32,000 nt of DNA, from positions 2,070,001-2,102,000 of the forward strand of contig NC_013967.1 in the NCBI RefSeq assembly GCF_000025685.1, given 5' to 3'. The DNA comes from Haloferax volcanii DS2. Its GTDB lineage: Archaea; Halobacteriota; Halobacteria; Halobacteriales; Haloferacaceae. The first letter of the stretch is position 1; the number at the start of each line of letters is the position of its first letter. Below are positions 7,750 through 15,477 of the stretch, piece after piece. A program made the translations under genes and the position numbers. The notes beneath the pieces were generated by a model. That model ran no database searches, was not told the origin of the DNA, and saw nothing but the letters and a program-made list of their open reading frames with translations.

Positions 7750-7986
7750 ATGGTCTACGCCTACGTCATGGTCAAGGCCGCGCCCGTCTCCGACGGCATC
7801 GACCAGTTGAAACAGGATCTCTTGGCCGTCTCCGACGGCATCGTCAGCGCGCACATCGTCGCCGGCGACGTGGACTTCATCGTGAAAGTCGAGGTGGACT
7901 CGCCCGCCGACGTGAAGGGCATCGCCGGTGGCATCCAGTCGGTGGCGGGCATCGAAGACACCCAGACGTACATCGCGATGGACTGA
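7750..7986 (+). CDS. Stand-alone RAM (Lrp/AsnC ligand-binding) domain protein, paralogue of 6722..6955
   Basis: 78 aa, MVYAYVMVKA...AHIVAGDVDFIVKV...TQTYIAMD. The ATG is 2 nt after the trkA TGA (7745..7747), implying co-transcription. Confidence 0.8.
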   Translation: MVYAYVMVKAAPVSDGIDQLKQDLLAVSDGIVSAHIVAGDVDFIVKVEVDSPADVKGIAGGIQSVAGIEDTQTYIAMD

Positions 7987-8045
7987 GTCGGCGCGTCGCC
8001 ACGCGGCGGTCGCCCCGGCCCGACCGACTGTCACCGACTTGTTCT

Positions 8046-8543
8046 TCAGAATCCTGCGCCGGCGGCGTCTTTCGCGTTCTGAATGAGGCTCGTCACCGGT
8101 TCGCCGTAGTCGTAGCCGGGGATGATGCCCTCGACGAACGTACCTTCGACGTAGTCGATGACCGCGCCGGCGTCGTCGACGCCGCGGCGCTCGTTGATGT
8201 CGGCAAAGCTCGCCCGAACGACCGCCTCGTCGCCCGCGAGAGTCACGTTGGGGTCGAGGTCGTGGTCGCCGGCGACGACGCCGTTTACGTCTTCGAGGCG
8301 GAGTTCGAACGTCTCGTACCAGCCGTCTTCGACCACGGGGGCCACGTCGTCTGCGACCGCCGAGAGCATCGGGACGCGCACCTCCACGTCGAACTCGACG
8401 CGGCCGCTGTCCTGCGCCGCGACGCCGACGGTGCCGTCGAACGGCGTCGTCACGGACTCGAAGGTTCGGTCATCGACCCGCTCGAACGACCCGTGGTCGC
8501 CGAACGCGCGGCGGACTCGACCGGGGATGTCGTCTTCGCTCAT
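8046..8543 (-). CDS. Acidic hypothetical protein (165 aa)
   Basis: An internal ATG at 8543 (MSEDDIPGRVRRAFGDHG...). The upstream extension of the track ORF is Arg-rich junk. CTTTTC lies at -24..-30, and the product has typical halophilic acidic composition. Confidence 0.65.
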   Translation of the reverse strand: MSEDDIPGRVRRAFGDHGSFERVDDRTFESVTTPFDGTVGVAAQDSGRVEFDVEVRVPMLSAVADDVAPVVEDGWYETFELRLEDVNGVVAGDHDLDPNVTLAGDEAVVRASFADINERRGVDDAGAVIDYVEGTFVEGIIPGYDYGEPVTSLIQNAKDAAGAGF

Positions 8544-8873
8544 GCCCGGACGAAGGTCCCGACGGGAGAAAAGCCCGTTGCGTCGCGAGCGCTCCCGAAT
8601 CGCCCGCCTGCGGCGGTTTTGGGTGAATGGCGGCACGTTTAAGTATCTCGCGGCACTCCGTTCAGGTGACGCTTCGCTTTGGAGGGCCGAAGCGTCAGCG
8701 GGGACCAATCTAGGGCGGCATTTGCCGCGCGGGCCGCTCCCGTGCGGCTGCCTATCCCTTTCTCGCGAAACTCACACCGGAGAGCCGCCGGCTCGTATTC
8801 GCGCGCGCTCGAATCGAACCAATCGACCCGAGCGACAGCCGACCAACAACACTTCGACAGCGACGCGGCCGCG

Positions 8874-11267
8874 TCAGTTCCCGTCCGGACTGTCGTCGGC
8901 GGCTTTGCGTTCTCCCGGGTCAGATCCGTCCTCGATAGACTCGTCTCCGCCCGAGCCGTCGGCCGCGAGGTCGGCCATCGTCGTCGACGACCTCGACTCG
9001 GAGTTCGTCCCGTCCGCGAGCGCGGTTTCAGTATCCTCGTCCCCGAGTTTCACCGCGTCGGCGACGCCGTCACGCGCTCCCTCCTCGCGCACCTCGAACC
9101 GGTCCGCGAGCGCCCGCAGTTCGTCGGTCGCCGACGACAGTTCCTGCATCTGCCCGGCGACGGTGACCATCGCGTCGTTCTGCTCGTGGGCCGCGCCGGC
9201 CGCGTCGGCGGCCTCGTCGCGCGTCTCGTCGGCGATGTCGGCCGCCTCGTCCGCGAGGCGCGCGACCGACTGCGCGGCCGACGCCTGCGAGGTGGTCGCC
9301 TCGTCGACGGCGGCGACGCCGTGGTCCACCTCCTCCAGTCGGTCGACCGCCTCGTCGATGGCCGTGACGCCGGCTTCAACCGTCTCGGAGCCCTGCGCGA
9401 CGCGCTCTCGCGCGGCTCTCACCGCAGCGACCGTCTCGTCGGCCGTCCCCTCGACGGACTCGATGGACGACTCGATGTCGGTCGTCGCGTCGGCGGTCTC
9501 CTCGGCGAGCGCCTTCACTTCGTCGGCGACGACGGCGAAGCCGGAGCCGGCCTCGCCGGCACGAGCGGCCTCGATGGAGGCGTTGAGCGCGAGCAGGTCC
9601 GTCTGCTCCGCGATATCCTCGATGAGGTCGACCACCTCTCCGATGTCCGCTACCTCCTCGCGGAGCGCTTCGACGCCCTCGGCCGCGGTCGCGACGCGCT
9701 CGTCGATGTTCGCCATCTCGTCGTGGACGGCGGCGCTCGCGTCGCGGCCGGCCTCGCCGCGCTCCGCGGCGTCGCCGGCGAGGTCAGCGAGTTCGTCGGC
9801 GGAGGCGGCGACCTCCTCGACCGTCGCCGAGAGGTCCTGCATCTCCGCGGAGACCTCCGCGAGGAGCGACGCCTGCTCGGCCGCGCCCTCGGAGATATCG
9901 GCGGTCGCCGTCTCGACCCGCTCGGAGGCGGCGCTGACCTCCTCGGTGCCGGCGGTGACGCGCTCGCCCGCCGCGTCGACGGTCGCCGCGAACGACGCGA
10001 CCCGCCCGATAGTCGCTTCGAGGTCGGAAAGCATCGCGTCGATGCCGTCGCCGACGGCCGCCATCGCCTCGTCGTCCGATTCGACAGACGTGCGCACCGT
10101 CAGGTCGCCCGTCGCCGCGGCGTCCATCGTCTCGCGGTAGTTCTCGGCGGCGCGCGCGAGGTCGCGGCGGGCGTCTTCGGCCGCTTCGATGCGTTCCCGG
10201 AGGCCGTCTCGCATCTCGGCGAACGCCTCGGTCAGCGCGCCGAACTCGTCGACTCTGCGGGTTTCGAGGTCCACGTCGAGGTCGCCGCCGGCGAGCGCCT
10301 CGGCTCTGGTCCGGAGCCGTCGGAGCGACAGCACCGCGTTGCGGCCGATGACGACGCCGACCAGCGCGAGGCCGGCGAGCGCCACGCCGATGAGGACGGC
10401 CACGTCGCGCTCGACGACCTGCGCGACCGCGTAGGCGTTGGTCTGCGGCGCTTCCACGAGGACCGCCCAGTTCGTCCCCGAGACGGGGGCGTAAGCGACG
10501 ACGTCGCCGCCGGCGTCCCCGTCGCCCTCGCGTTCGACGACGCCCGTCTCGCCGTCGACCGCAGCGTCGAGCGCCGGCGTCGCCGCCCCGTCGCGGTACG
10601 TCGTGAGGACGTTTTCGCCGTACTTGTCGAAGGCGATGACGCCCGTATCGGTCACCACGCGGGTTTGGGACCCCTCGACCGGCTCGCTCAGCATCTCGGC
10701 GTGCTTCGTCGCGTCCACGACGACCATCACCGCCCCGTCGCGTCCCTCGACGGGACTGAGGAACGCGAGGCGCTCGCTGCCGCCGTAGCGGTAGACCTCG
10801 GAGACGGCCACTTCGTCGGGGTCGGCCATCGTCAGCGACCCGGTCGTCCACGACAGGTCGAGGGCGGAGACCGATTTGGTCTCTATCACGCCGTCGGTGC
10901 TGCGGACGATATCGCGGCTCGACGGGTTCACGTAGTGGATCGCCACCACCTCGGCGGGCAGGGTGTCTCTCTCGCGTTCGAGCGCCTCGTCGATGGCGTC
11001 GGGGTCGCCCGTCCGGACGGTCTCGTACGCCGAGAGCATCCGGGCCGTCCGAGCGTAGCCGTCCATCCAACTCGACAGCCCCTCGGCCTCCAGTGAGGCG
11101 ACCATCTCCAGGTCGCTGTGCGTGTCGGCTCTCACCTCGGTCCCGACCACGTCCGAGACGTACAGGCCGAACCCGCCCATCACCGCGGCCACGAGGAGGA
11201 TAACGAACAGAAACTTCCGGAGGTAACTCCGCCTGAGTACCCTCGGAACCAGCGTGGCGAACTTCAT
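8874..11267 (-). CDS. Membrane-bound methyl-accepting chemotaxis transducer (Htr/MCP) with a periplasmic double-Cache-like sensor and HAMP
   Basis: 797 aa from the ATG at 11267. The order is TM1 ([19 protein letters not shown]), a ~260-aa extracellular domain, TM2 ([20 protein letters not shown]), a HAMP-like linker, then the MCP signalling domain. The tip sequence is [34 protein letters not shown] and there is a methylation-type site ATVEEVAAS. Confidence 0.92.
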   Translation of the reverse strand: MKFATLVPRVLRRSYLRKFLFVILLVAAVMGGFGLYVSDVVGTEVRADTHSDLEMVASLEAEGLSSWMDGYARTARMLSAYETVRTGDPDAIDEALERERDTLPAEVVAIHYVNPSSRDIVRSTDGVIETKSVSALDLSWTTGSLTMADPDEVAVSEVYRYGGSERLAFLSPVEGRDGAVMVVVDATKHAEMLSEPVEGSQTRVVTDTGVIAFDKYGENVLTTYRDGAATPALDAAVDGETGVVEREGDGDAGGDVVAYAPVSGTNWAVLVEAPQTNAYAVAQVVERDVAVLIGVALAGLALVGVVIGRNAVLSLRRLRTRAEALAGGDLDVDLETRRVDEFGALTEAFAEMRDGLRERIEAAEDARRDLARAAENYRETMDAAATGDLTVRTSVESDDEAMAAVGDGIDAMLSDLEATIGRVASFAATVDAAGERVTAGTEEVSAASERVETATADISEGAAEQASLLAEVSAEMQDLSATVEEVAASADELADLAGDAAERGEAGRDASAAVHDEMANIDERVATAAEGVEALREEVADIGEVVDLIEDIAEQTDLLALNASIEAARAGEAGSGFAVVADEVKALAEETADATTDIESSIESVEGTADETVAAVRAARERVAQGSETVEAGVTAIDEAVDRLEEVDHGVAAVDEATTSQASAAQSVARLADEAADIADETRDEAADAAGAAHEQNDAMVTVAGQMQELSSATDELRALADRFEVREEGARDGVADAVKLGDEDTETALADGTNSESRSSTTMADLAADGSGGDESIEDGSDPGERKAADDSPDGN

Positions 11268-11291
11268 GGCACTCGGTAGCAAGAGACCGAC

Positions 11292-11297
11292 GTAAAG
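11292..11297 (-). promoter_or_regulatory. TATA-like box CTTTAC for the membrane MCP gene
   Basis: Located at -25..-30 from the ATG at 11267. The same hexamer occurs at the same spacing upstream of the gene starting at 4109. Confidence 0.4.
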
Positions 11298-11380
11298 CGT
11301 TGTCCCGCTAACTATCAGTTCTGATAGCAGAGGGGACCCGATATGCGCCGCTCTCACCGAAGGACGAGTTCCGTGAATCG

Positions 11381-11557
11381 TTACAGTTCGCTCACGGTGA
11401 CCCCGAGTGCGAGGGCGGCGGCCCCGGTCGCACCGCCGCCCGCGGCCAGCGCCGTCGGCAGCGCGGACAGGACGCCGGCGACGGCCCCGGCGAGGAGACA
11501 GACGGCCATGCCGAGGAGCGTGGCGTCGAAACGCGTGATGAGGAGTCCGGGTGACAC
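11381..11557 (-). CDS. Candidate small hydrophobic protein (58 aa from GTG 11557, or 42 aa from ATG 11509); not in the supplied ORF track
   Basis: My own translation gives [58 protein letters not shown] with a TAA stop. It has high GC3, two hydrophobic segments, and an AT-rich AAATATTTT about 32-40 nt upstream of the GTG. Confidence 0.35.
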   Translation of the reverse strand: MSPGLLITRFDATLLGMAVCLLAGAVAGVLSALPTALAAGGGATGAAALALGVTVSEL

Positions 11558-11626
11558 GGTCTAATTACAACTCATTATCCGAACTGTCAAAATATTTGCG
11601 GGTGCGGCCCTACTCGCCTCCCTCTC

Positions 11627-11925
11627 TCACGCCCGGGCGTCAGAGGCGTCCGCGTCGGCGTAAGCGACCGCCCGGCCGAAACTGTCGATAGCCTGCTCGT
11701 ACTCCTCGATGGCGACGTAGGCCAGTCCGACCTCGACGAGCGCCGCCGGGTCGACCCCTCGGGGTCGATTCCCGCCGCGTCCACGAACTCGCTGAGAACG
11801 TGGTCGTCCATCGGGTCGACGAGTCGCCCGTTGACCCGATACGTCGGCGGGTCGAGGCCGAACCCGTCGTAGGGGTCTCCGAACCCCTGTCCCTCCGAAT
11901 AGCGGTGTCTACGCGTCGAAGCCAT
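11627..11925 (-). pseudogene. Frameshifted small gene (about 99 aa if repaired); pseudogene, assembly error or -1 frameshift
   Basis: From ATG 11925 the first 57 codons read plausibly (MASTRRHRYSEGQGFGDPYDGFGLDPPTYRVNGRLVDPMDDHVLSEFVDAAGIDPEG). The same frame then becomes S/R/T-rich junk. The -1 frame continues with VDPAALVEVGLAYVAIEEYEQAIDSFGRAVAYADADASDARA and stops at 11627..11629. Confidence 0.5.
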
Positions 11926-12039
11926 TCGTACCAGTTGGCGGGGAACCGAGATAACGTGGTCGGCGGTCTCACGAGGACCCGGGCGACAGAGACGAAGCGG
12001 GAACGCGTCGCTCGGTTCACCGTCGCTCGGCGACGAAAA

Positions 12040-12124
12040 TGCGGGGGACGAGATTCGAACTCGCGAACCCCTACGGGAGCGGATCTTAAGTCCGCCGCTT
12101 TTGGCCTGGCTCAGCCACCCCCGC
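12040..12124 (-). tRNA. tRNA-Leu, anticodon UAA, class II with long variable arm; no encoded CCA
   Basis: Hand-folded cloverleaf. Acceptor GCGGGGG/CCCCCGC plus discriminator A; D stem GCU/AGC; anticodon stem GCGGA/UCCGC with loop CUUAAGA; variable arm CCC-GUA-GGG; T arm GCGAG-UUCGAAU-CUCGU. Confidence 0.93.
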
Positions 12125-12148
12125 GCACTCTTCCGTTCTTCGAGGGGG

Positions 12149-12155
12149 AGAAAAG
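12149..12155 (-). promoter_or_regulatory. TATA-like element (CTTTTCT on the minus strand) upstream of tRNA-Leu
   Basis: Located 25-31 nt upstream of the mature tRNA 5' end (12124), within the 41-nt gap after the ferredoxin-like gene. Confidence 0.3.
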
Positions 12156-12165
12156 TGCTTTCGCT

Positions 12166-12510
12166 TTACCAGTCGACCGAGAGCGTCCCGTCGCCGTGGG
12201 GGTCCGGCGAGAGCTCCTCGTCGGTTCGGCGGTCGATGACGTGGATGACGCCGCGACCCTTCTTCGCCGGGCAGACCTCCGCCGCCTCGACGTTTTCGTC
12301 GAGTTCGTCCTCACCGACGAAGTACGATTTGGCTCGGGCGAGGCCGGTTTCGAGGTCCATCTCCCAGTTGTCGGCGACCTCCGCGCACCGGCCGGCCCCG
12401 AAGCACTTGTTCGCCTCGAAGATTATCTTGTAGGGCTTTTCCTCGACCGGCGGGGCGTTCTCGTCGGTTCCGAAGTCGCTCGGCTTCGGACGGTCGGACT
12501 CCTCGCTCAT
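12166..12510 (-). CDS. Small ferredoxin-like protein (single Fe-S cluster type, three Cys)
   Basis: 114 aa with an acidic N-terminus. The Cys pattern C-x5-C ... C-P (CFGAGRC ... EVCPAK) resembles mono-cluster ferredoxin domains. Assignment is by motif only. Confidence 0.55.
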   Translation of the reverse strand: MSEESDRPKPSDFGTDENAPPVEEKPYKIIFEANKCFGAGRCAEVADNWEMDLETGLARAKSYFVGEDELDENVEAAEVCPAKKGRGVIHVIDRRTDEELSPDPHGDGTLSVDW

Positions 12511-12771
12511 CGTCGGCCCTTACCGCGCGGTGGTCTTTGCGCTGTCGGTCGCGCGGCGACGGCGCGCCCCGGAACCCGCGAGACGCCTCGAACTTCTGGT
12601 ACATCTGTCGAAGCCCGCTTGTCGTGCTTCGAATCCGAGCGACAGCAAGCGGGCGTACCGTATTCTATCCGTGGTATCACGTAACAGTGGGATACTCCCG
12701 TCACATGAATCATCGATAGACACAGTACCAGTCACGAATTCGTTCTCAGATATGATACCCGAGAGCGTGGT

Positions 12772-12777
12772 CTTATC
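12772..12777 (+). promoter_or_regulatory. TATA-like box CTTATC for the soluble MCP fusion gene
   Basis: Located at -30..-25 from the ATG at 12802, at the end of a ~150-nt visibly AT-richer stretch. Confidence 0.4.
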
Positions 12778-12801
12778 ACTCACCAGAAATCTTCTGGACC
12801 A

Positions 12802-15363
12802 ATGGACGACGACAGCCAGCTCCGGAGACGAGCGTCGTCGGTTCGCGCCTCCGTCCGGGCCGCGCTCGGCGCACGCGCGACCGACGACGAATCCGAATCG
12901 GACGCCGCAGACGAGACGGCGCGCGTCGACGACGCGCGAAGCGACGGCGGGGGCACTCCCTCGGTCGCCGTCGAATCGGGACGCGGGGAGTCTCCCGCCG
13001 ACGATGTCGCCGCGTCGTCGGCCCCGGACGCCGCCGCGCTCGACGGTCTCGACGACTTCTCCGCGGCCATCGAGCGCTGCATCGAGGGCGACCTGACGGT
13101 CCGCGTCGACGTTCCCGACGACCCGGCGCTCGCGCGTCACGGCCGCCTCCTCAACGAACTGTTCGAGGAGTGGCAGACCGCCATGCGGAACGTCGACGCC
13201 TTCGCAGACCAGGTCTCGGCGTCGACCCGAATCGTGGCCGACGCCGCCGAGGAGAGCCGCGAGGAGAGCCGGTCGGTCGCCGCCTCCGTCGACGGCATCG
13301 CGGCGGGCGCGCGCCGGCAAAGCGAGAGCGTCGAGGAGGTCGCAGACGAGATGCGGAACCTGTCTGCGACCATCGAGGAGGTCGCCGCCTCCGCCGACGA
13401 AATCAGGCACGCGACCGACGAGGCCGTCGAGCGCGGCGACCGCGGCAAGCGCGCCGCCGAGACCGCTATCGACGAGTTGGCGGTCATCGGCGAGCGGACC
13501 GACGCGACCGTCGAGCGCGTCGCGGAACTCGACGACCACATCGACGACATCACCGGCATCGCGACCAAAATCTCCGACATCGCGGAGCAGACGAACATCC
13601 TCGCGCTCAACGCCTCCATCGAGGCCGCCCGCGCCGGCGAGGCCGGCTCCGGCTTCGCCGTCGTCGCCGACGAAGTGAAGGCGCTCGCCGAGGAGACGCA
13701 GGCCGCGACCGCCGACATCGAATCGACCATCGAGACGGTTCGGACCCGGTCGGCCGCGACGGTCGAGGACATCACCGACACGAGCGAGCGCCTCGACGAG
13801 GGCAGCGAGACGATTCAGGAGGCGCTGTCGGCGCTCGACGGCGTCGTCTCCGACCTCGAAGAGACGAACGGGAGCCTCCACGAGATTTCCGACGCCACGG
13901 ACTCGCAGGCGGCGACCTCCCAAGAGGTCGTGAGTCAGGCCGACGGCGTCGGCGAGATAAGCGACGAGACCGCGGCGCTCGCGGCCGACGCCGCGGGGTC
14001 GGCGCGCCGCCAGACCGTCTCGCTCTCCGAGGCGGTGACGAAGATAGACGCGCTTTCGGACCAGGCCGACCACCTCCGGGACTCCATCGACGACTACCGC
14101 CTCCACGCCGAGGCGACCGACTCGGGCCAGACCGTCGTCCAGTTCTGGCACGGCATGTCCGGCGACAAGGCGGCGGTCCTGGAGTCGCTCGTCGACGAGT
14201 TCAACGCCGACCACGACGGCGTCCGCGTCGACACCGCGTCGAAGGGGAGCTACCGCGGCACGTTCGACGCGACCCTCGCCGCGGCCCGGTCGGGGACGCC
14301 GCCGACCATCGCGCAACTGTACGAGGTCGGCACCCAGCGCGCCCTCGACAGCGGGGCGTTCACCCCCGTCGAATCGGTGCTTCCGGACAGGGCATCGGCG
14401 GGCGAACTCGTCCCCGAAATCGCCAACTACTACCGCCACGACGGCGCGCTCTGGTCGATGCCGTTCAACGCCTCGAACCCCGTGTTGTACTACAACGCCG
14501 ACGCGTTCGAGCGGGCCGGCCTCGACCCCGACGACCCGCCGGCGACGTTCGACCAAGTCACCTCGGCCGCGGCGACGCTGAAGACGAGCGGGGCGGTCGA
14601 CTACGGCGCGGCGTGGGCGAATTACAGTTGGTTCGTCGAGCAGTGGTTCGCGGCCGCCGGGGAGTGTCTGTTCGACGCCGACAACGGCCGGAGCGGCACC
14701 GCCCGCACCTCGAACCTCGACGGCCCGGTCGGGACGCGCGTGTTCGAGTGGTGGCGCGACCTCGAACGGAACGACTTGCTGTTCGACCCCGGCGTCGAGG
14801 CCCGACGAGACGCCCGCGAGGCGTTCCTCGACGGCCGCGCCGCGATGCTCGTGGACTCCAGTTCGAGCGCCGCGTCGGTCGTTCGGGGGGCCGCCGACCG
14901 CGGGTTCACCGCCGAAGTCGGCCGGTTCCCCGCGCCCGGGTCGTCCCGCGAGGGCGTGGTCGTCGGCGGCGCGTCGCTGTGGGTCGCAGACGGCGTCGAA
15001 TCCCGGAAACGGGCCGCCGCGGGCGAGTTCATCGCGTGGCTGACCCGCCCCGAACAACAGCGTCGCTGGCACCGCCGGACGGGCTACTTCCCGGTTCACC
15101 GCCGGACGAGGGGCCTCCTCCGCGACGACGGCTGGTTCGACGAACACCCCGGCTTCGCGGTCGCGTTCGACCAACTGGCCGAGACCGACGACACCCCGGC
15201 CACCCGCGGCGCTCGCGTCGGCCCCTTCACGACCGTCAGGACCATCGTCTCCGAGGGCCTGTCCGAACTGTTCGACGGCCGCGACCTCGACGCCGTGTTG
15301 GCGACGATGGACGAGCAGGTGTCGGCCCGCCTGTCGGAGTACGAGCACTCAGCGAACCGCTGA
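12802..15363 (+). CDS. Soluble methyl-accepting chemotaxis transducer fused C-terminally to a family-1 solute-binding protein (UgpB-like) domain
   Basis: 853 aa with no hydrophobic segment or signal peptide visible. Residues ~85-435 form a HAMP-like remnant plus the MCP signalling domain. That domain carries the tip [34 protein letters not shown] and methylation-type sites ATIEEVAAS and ATSQEVVS. Residues ~441-853 carry SBP motifs shared with E. coli UgpB as I recall it: [56 protein letters not shown] and WHRRTGYFP. Confidence 0.9.
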   Translation: MDDDSQLRRRASSVRASVRAALGARATDDESESDAADETARVDDARSDGGGTPSVAVESGRGESPADDVAASSAPDAAALDGLDDFSAAIERCIEGDLTVRVDVPDDPALARHGRLLNELFEEWQTAMRNVDAFADQVSASTRIVADAAEESREESRSVAASVDGIAAGARRQSESVEEVADEMRNLSATIEEVAASADEIRHATDEAVERGDRGKRAAETAIDELAVIGERTDATVERVAELDDHIDDITGIATKISDIAEQTNILALNASIEAARAGEAGSGFAVVADEVKALAEETQAATADIESTIETVRTRSAATVEDITDTSERLDEGSETIQEALSALDGVVSDLEETNGSLHEISDATDSQAATSQEVVSQADGVGEISDETAALAADAAGSARRQTVSLSEAVTKIDALSDQADHLRDSIDDYRLHAEATDSGQTVVQFWHGMSGDKAAVLESLVDEFNADHDGVRVDTASKGSYRGTFDATLAAARSGTPPTIAQLYEVGTQRALDSGAFTPVESVLPDRASAGELVPEIANYYRHDGALWSMPFNASNPVLYYNADAFERAGLDPDDPPATFDQVTSAAATLKTSGAVDYGAAWANYSWFVEQWFAAAGECLFDADNGRSGTARTSNLDGPVGTRVFEWWRDLERNDLLFDPGVEARRDAREAFLDGRAAMLVDSSSSAASVVRGAADRGFTAEVGRFPAPGSSREGVVVGGASLWVADGVESRKRAAAGEFIAWLTRPEQQRRWHRRTGYFPVHRRTRGLLRDDGWFDEHPGFAVAFDQLAETDDTPATRGARVGPFTTVRTIVSEGLSELFDGRDLDAVLATMDEQVSARLSEYEHSANR

Positions 15364-15400
15364 CTCGGCGCGGGCGCAACCGACCCGACCGCGTCAGTGT

Positions 15401-15430
15401 CGACCGACCCCGACCGACCCCGACCGAACC
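15401..15430. repeat. Short tandem repeat, 10-mer x3 (cgaccgaccc, cgaccgaccc, cgaccgaacc)
   Basis: Read directly from the 114-nt intergenic region between the MCP fusion gene and the next gene. Confidence 0.9.
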
Positions 15431-15477
15431 GCGACTCGCCCGGTGATGCTTTCGCCATCGAGTCCTAATTCAGAGCG

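Noticed and set aside
6958-7986. 342-aa plus-strand ORF spanning trkA in another frame; also the 252-aa trkA form from 6989, the 220-aa form of 8046..8708, the 827-aa MCP form from 11357 and the 264-aa KaiC-like form from 26082.
   Set aside because: The extensions are Arg-rich or otherwise non-homologous. In each case an internal ATG coincides with the start of the recognisable domain and with a TATA-like element at -24..-31.
8590-8873. I considered whether this structured intergenic region is a known RNA (SRP/7S RNA or RNase P RNA), because of a GGCCGAAG...AGC-like stretch.
   Set aside because: The stretch pairs with an upstream complement to form a simple hairpin, not an SRP helix-8 motif. 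The region is too short for RNase P, and I cannot identify the conserved helices by eye. It is kept only as an unassigned candidate in the findings.
12622-12645. The sequence tcgtgcttcgaatccgagcgac contains TTCGAATCC, the classic tRNA T-loop signature, close to the real tRNA-Leu. This raised the idea of a tRNA fragment, pseudo-tRNA or integration scar.
   Set aside because: The flanking 5-mers (cgtgc / ccgag) are not complementary, so no T arm forms. I also could not build an acceptor or anticodon arm on either strand. It is more simply the loop of the 12613..12654 stem.
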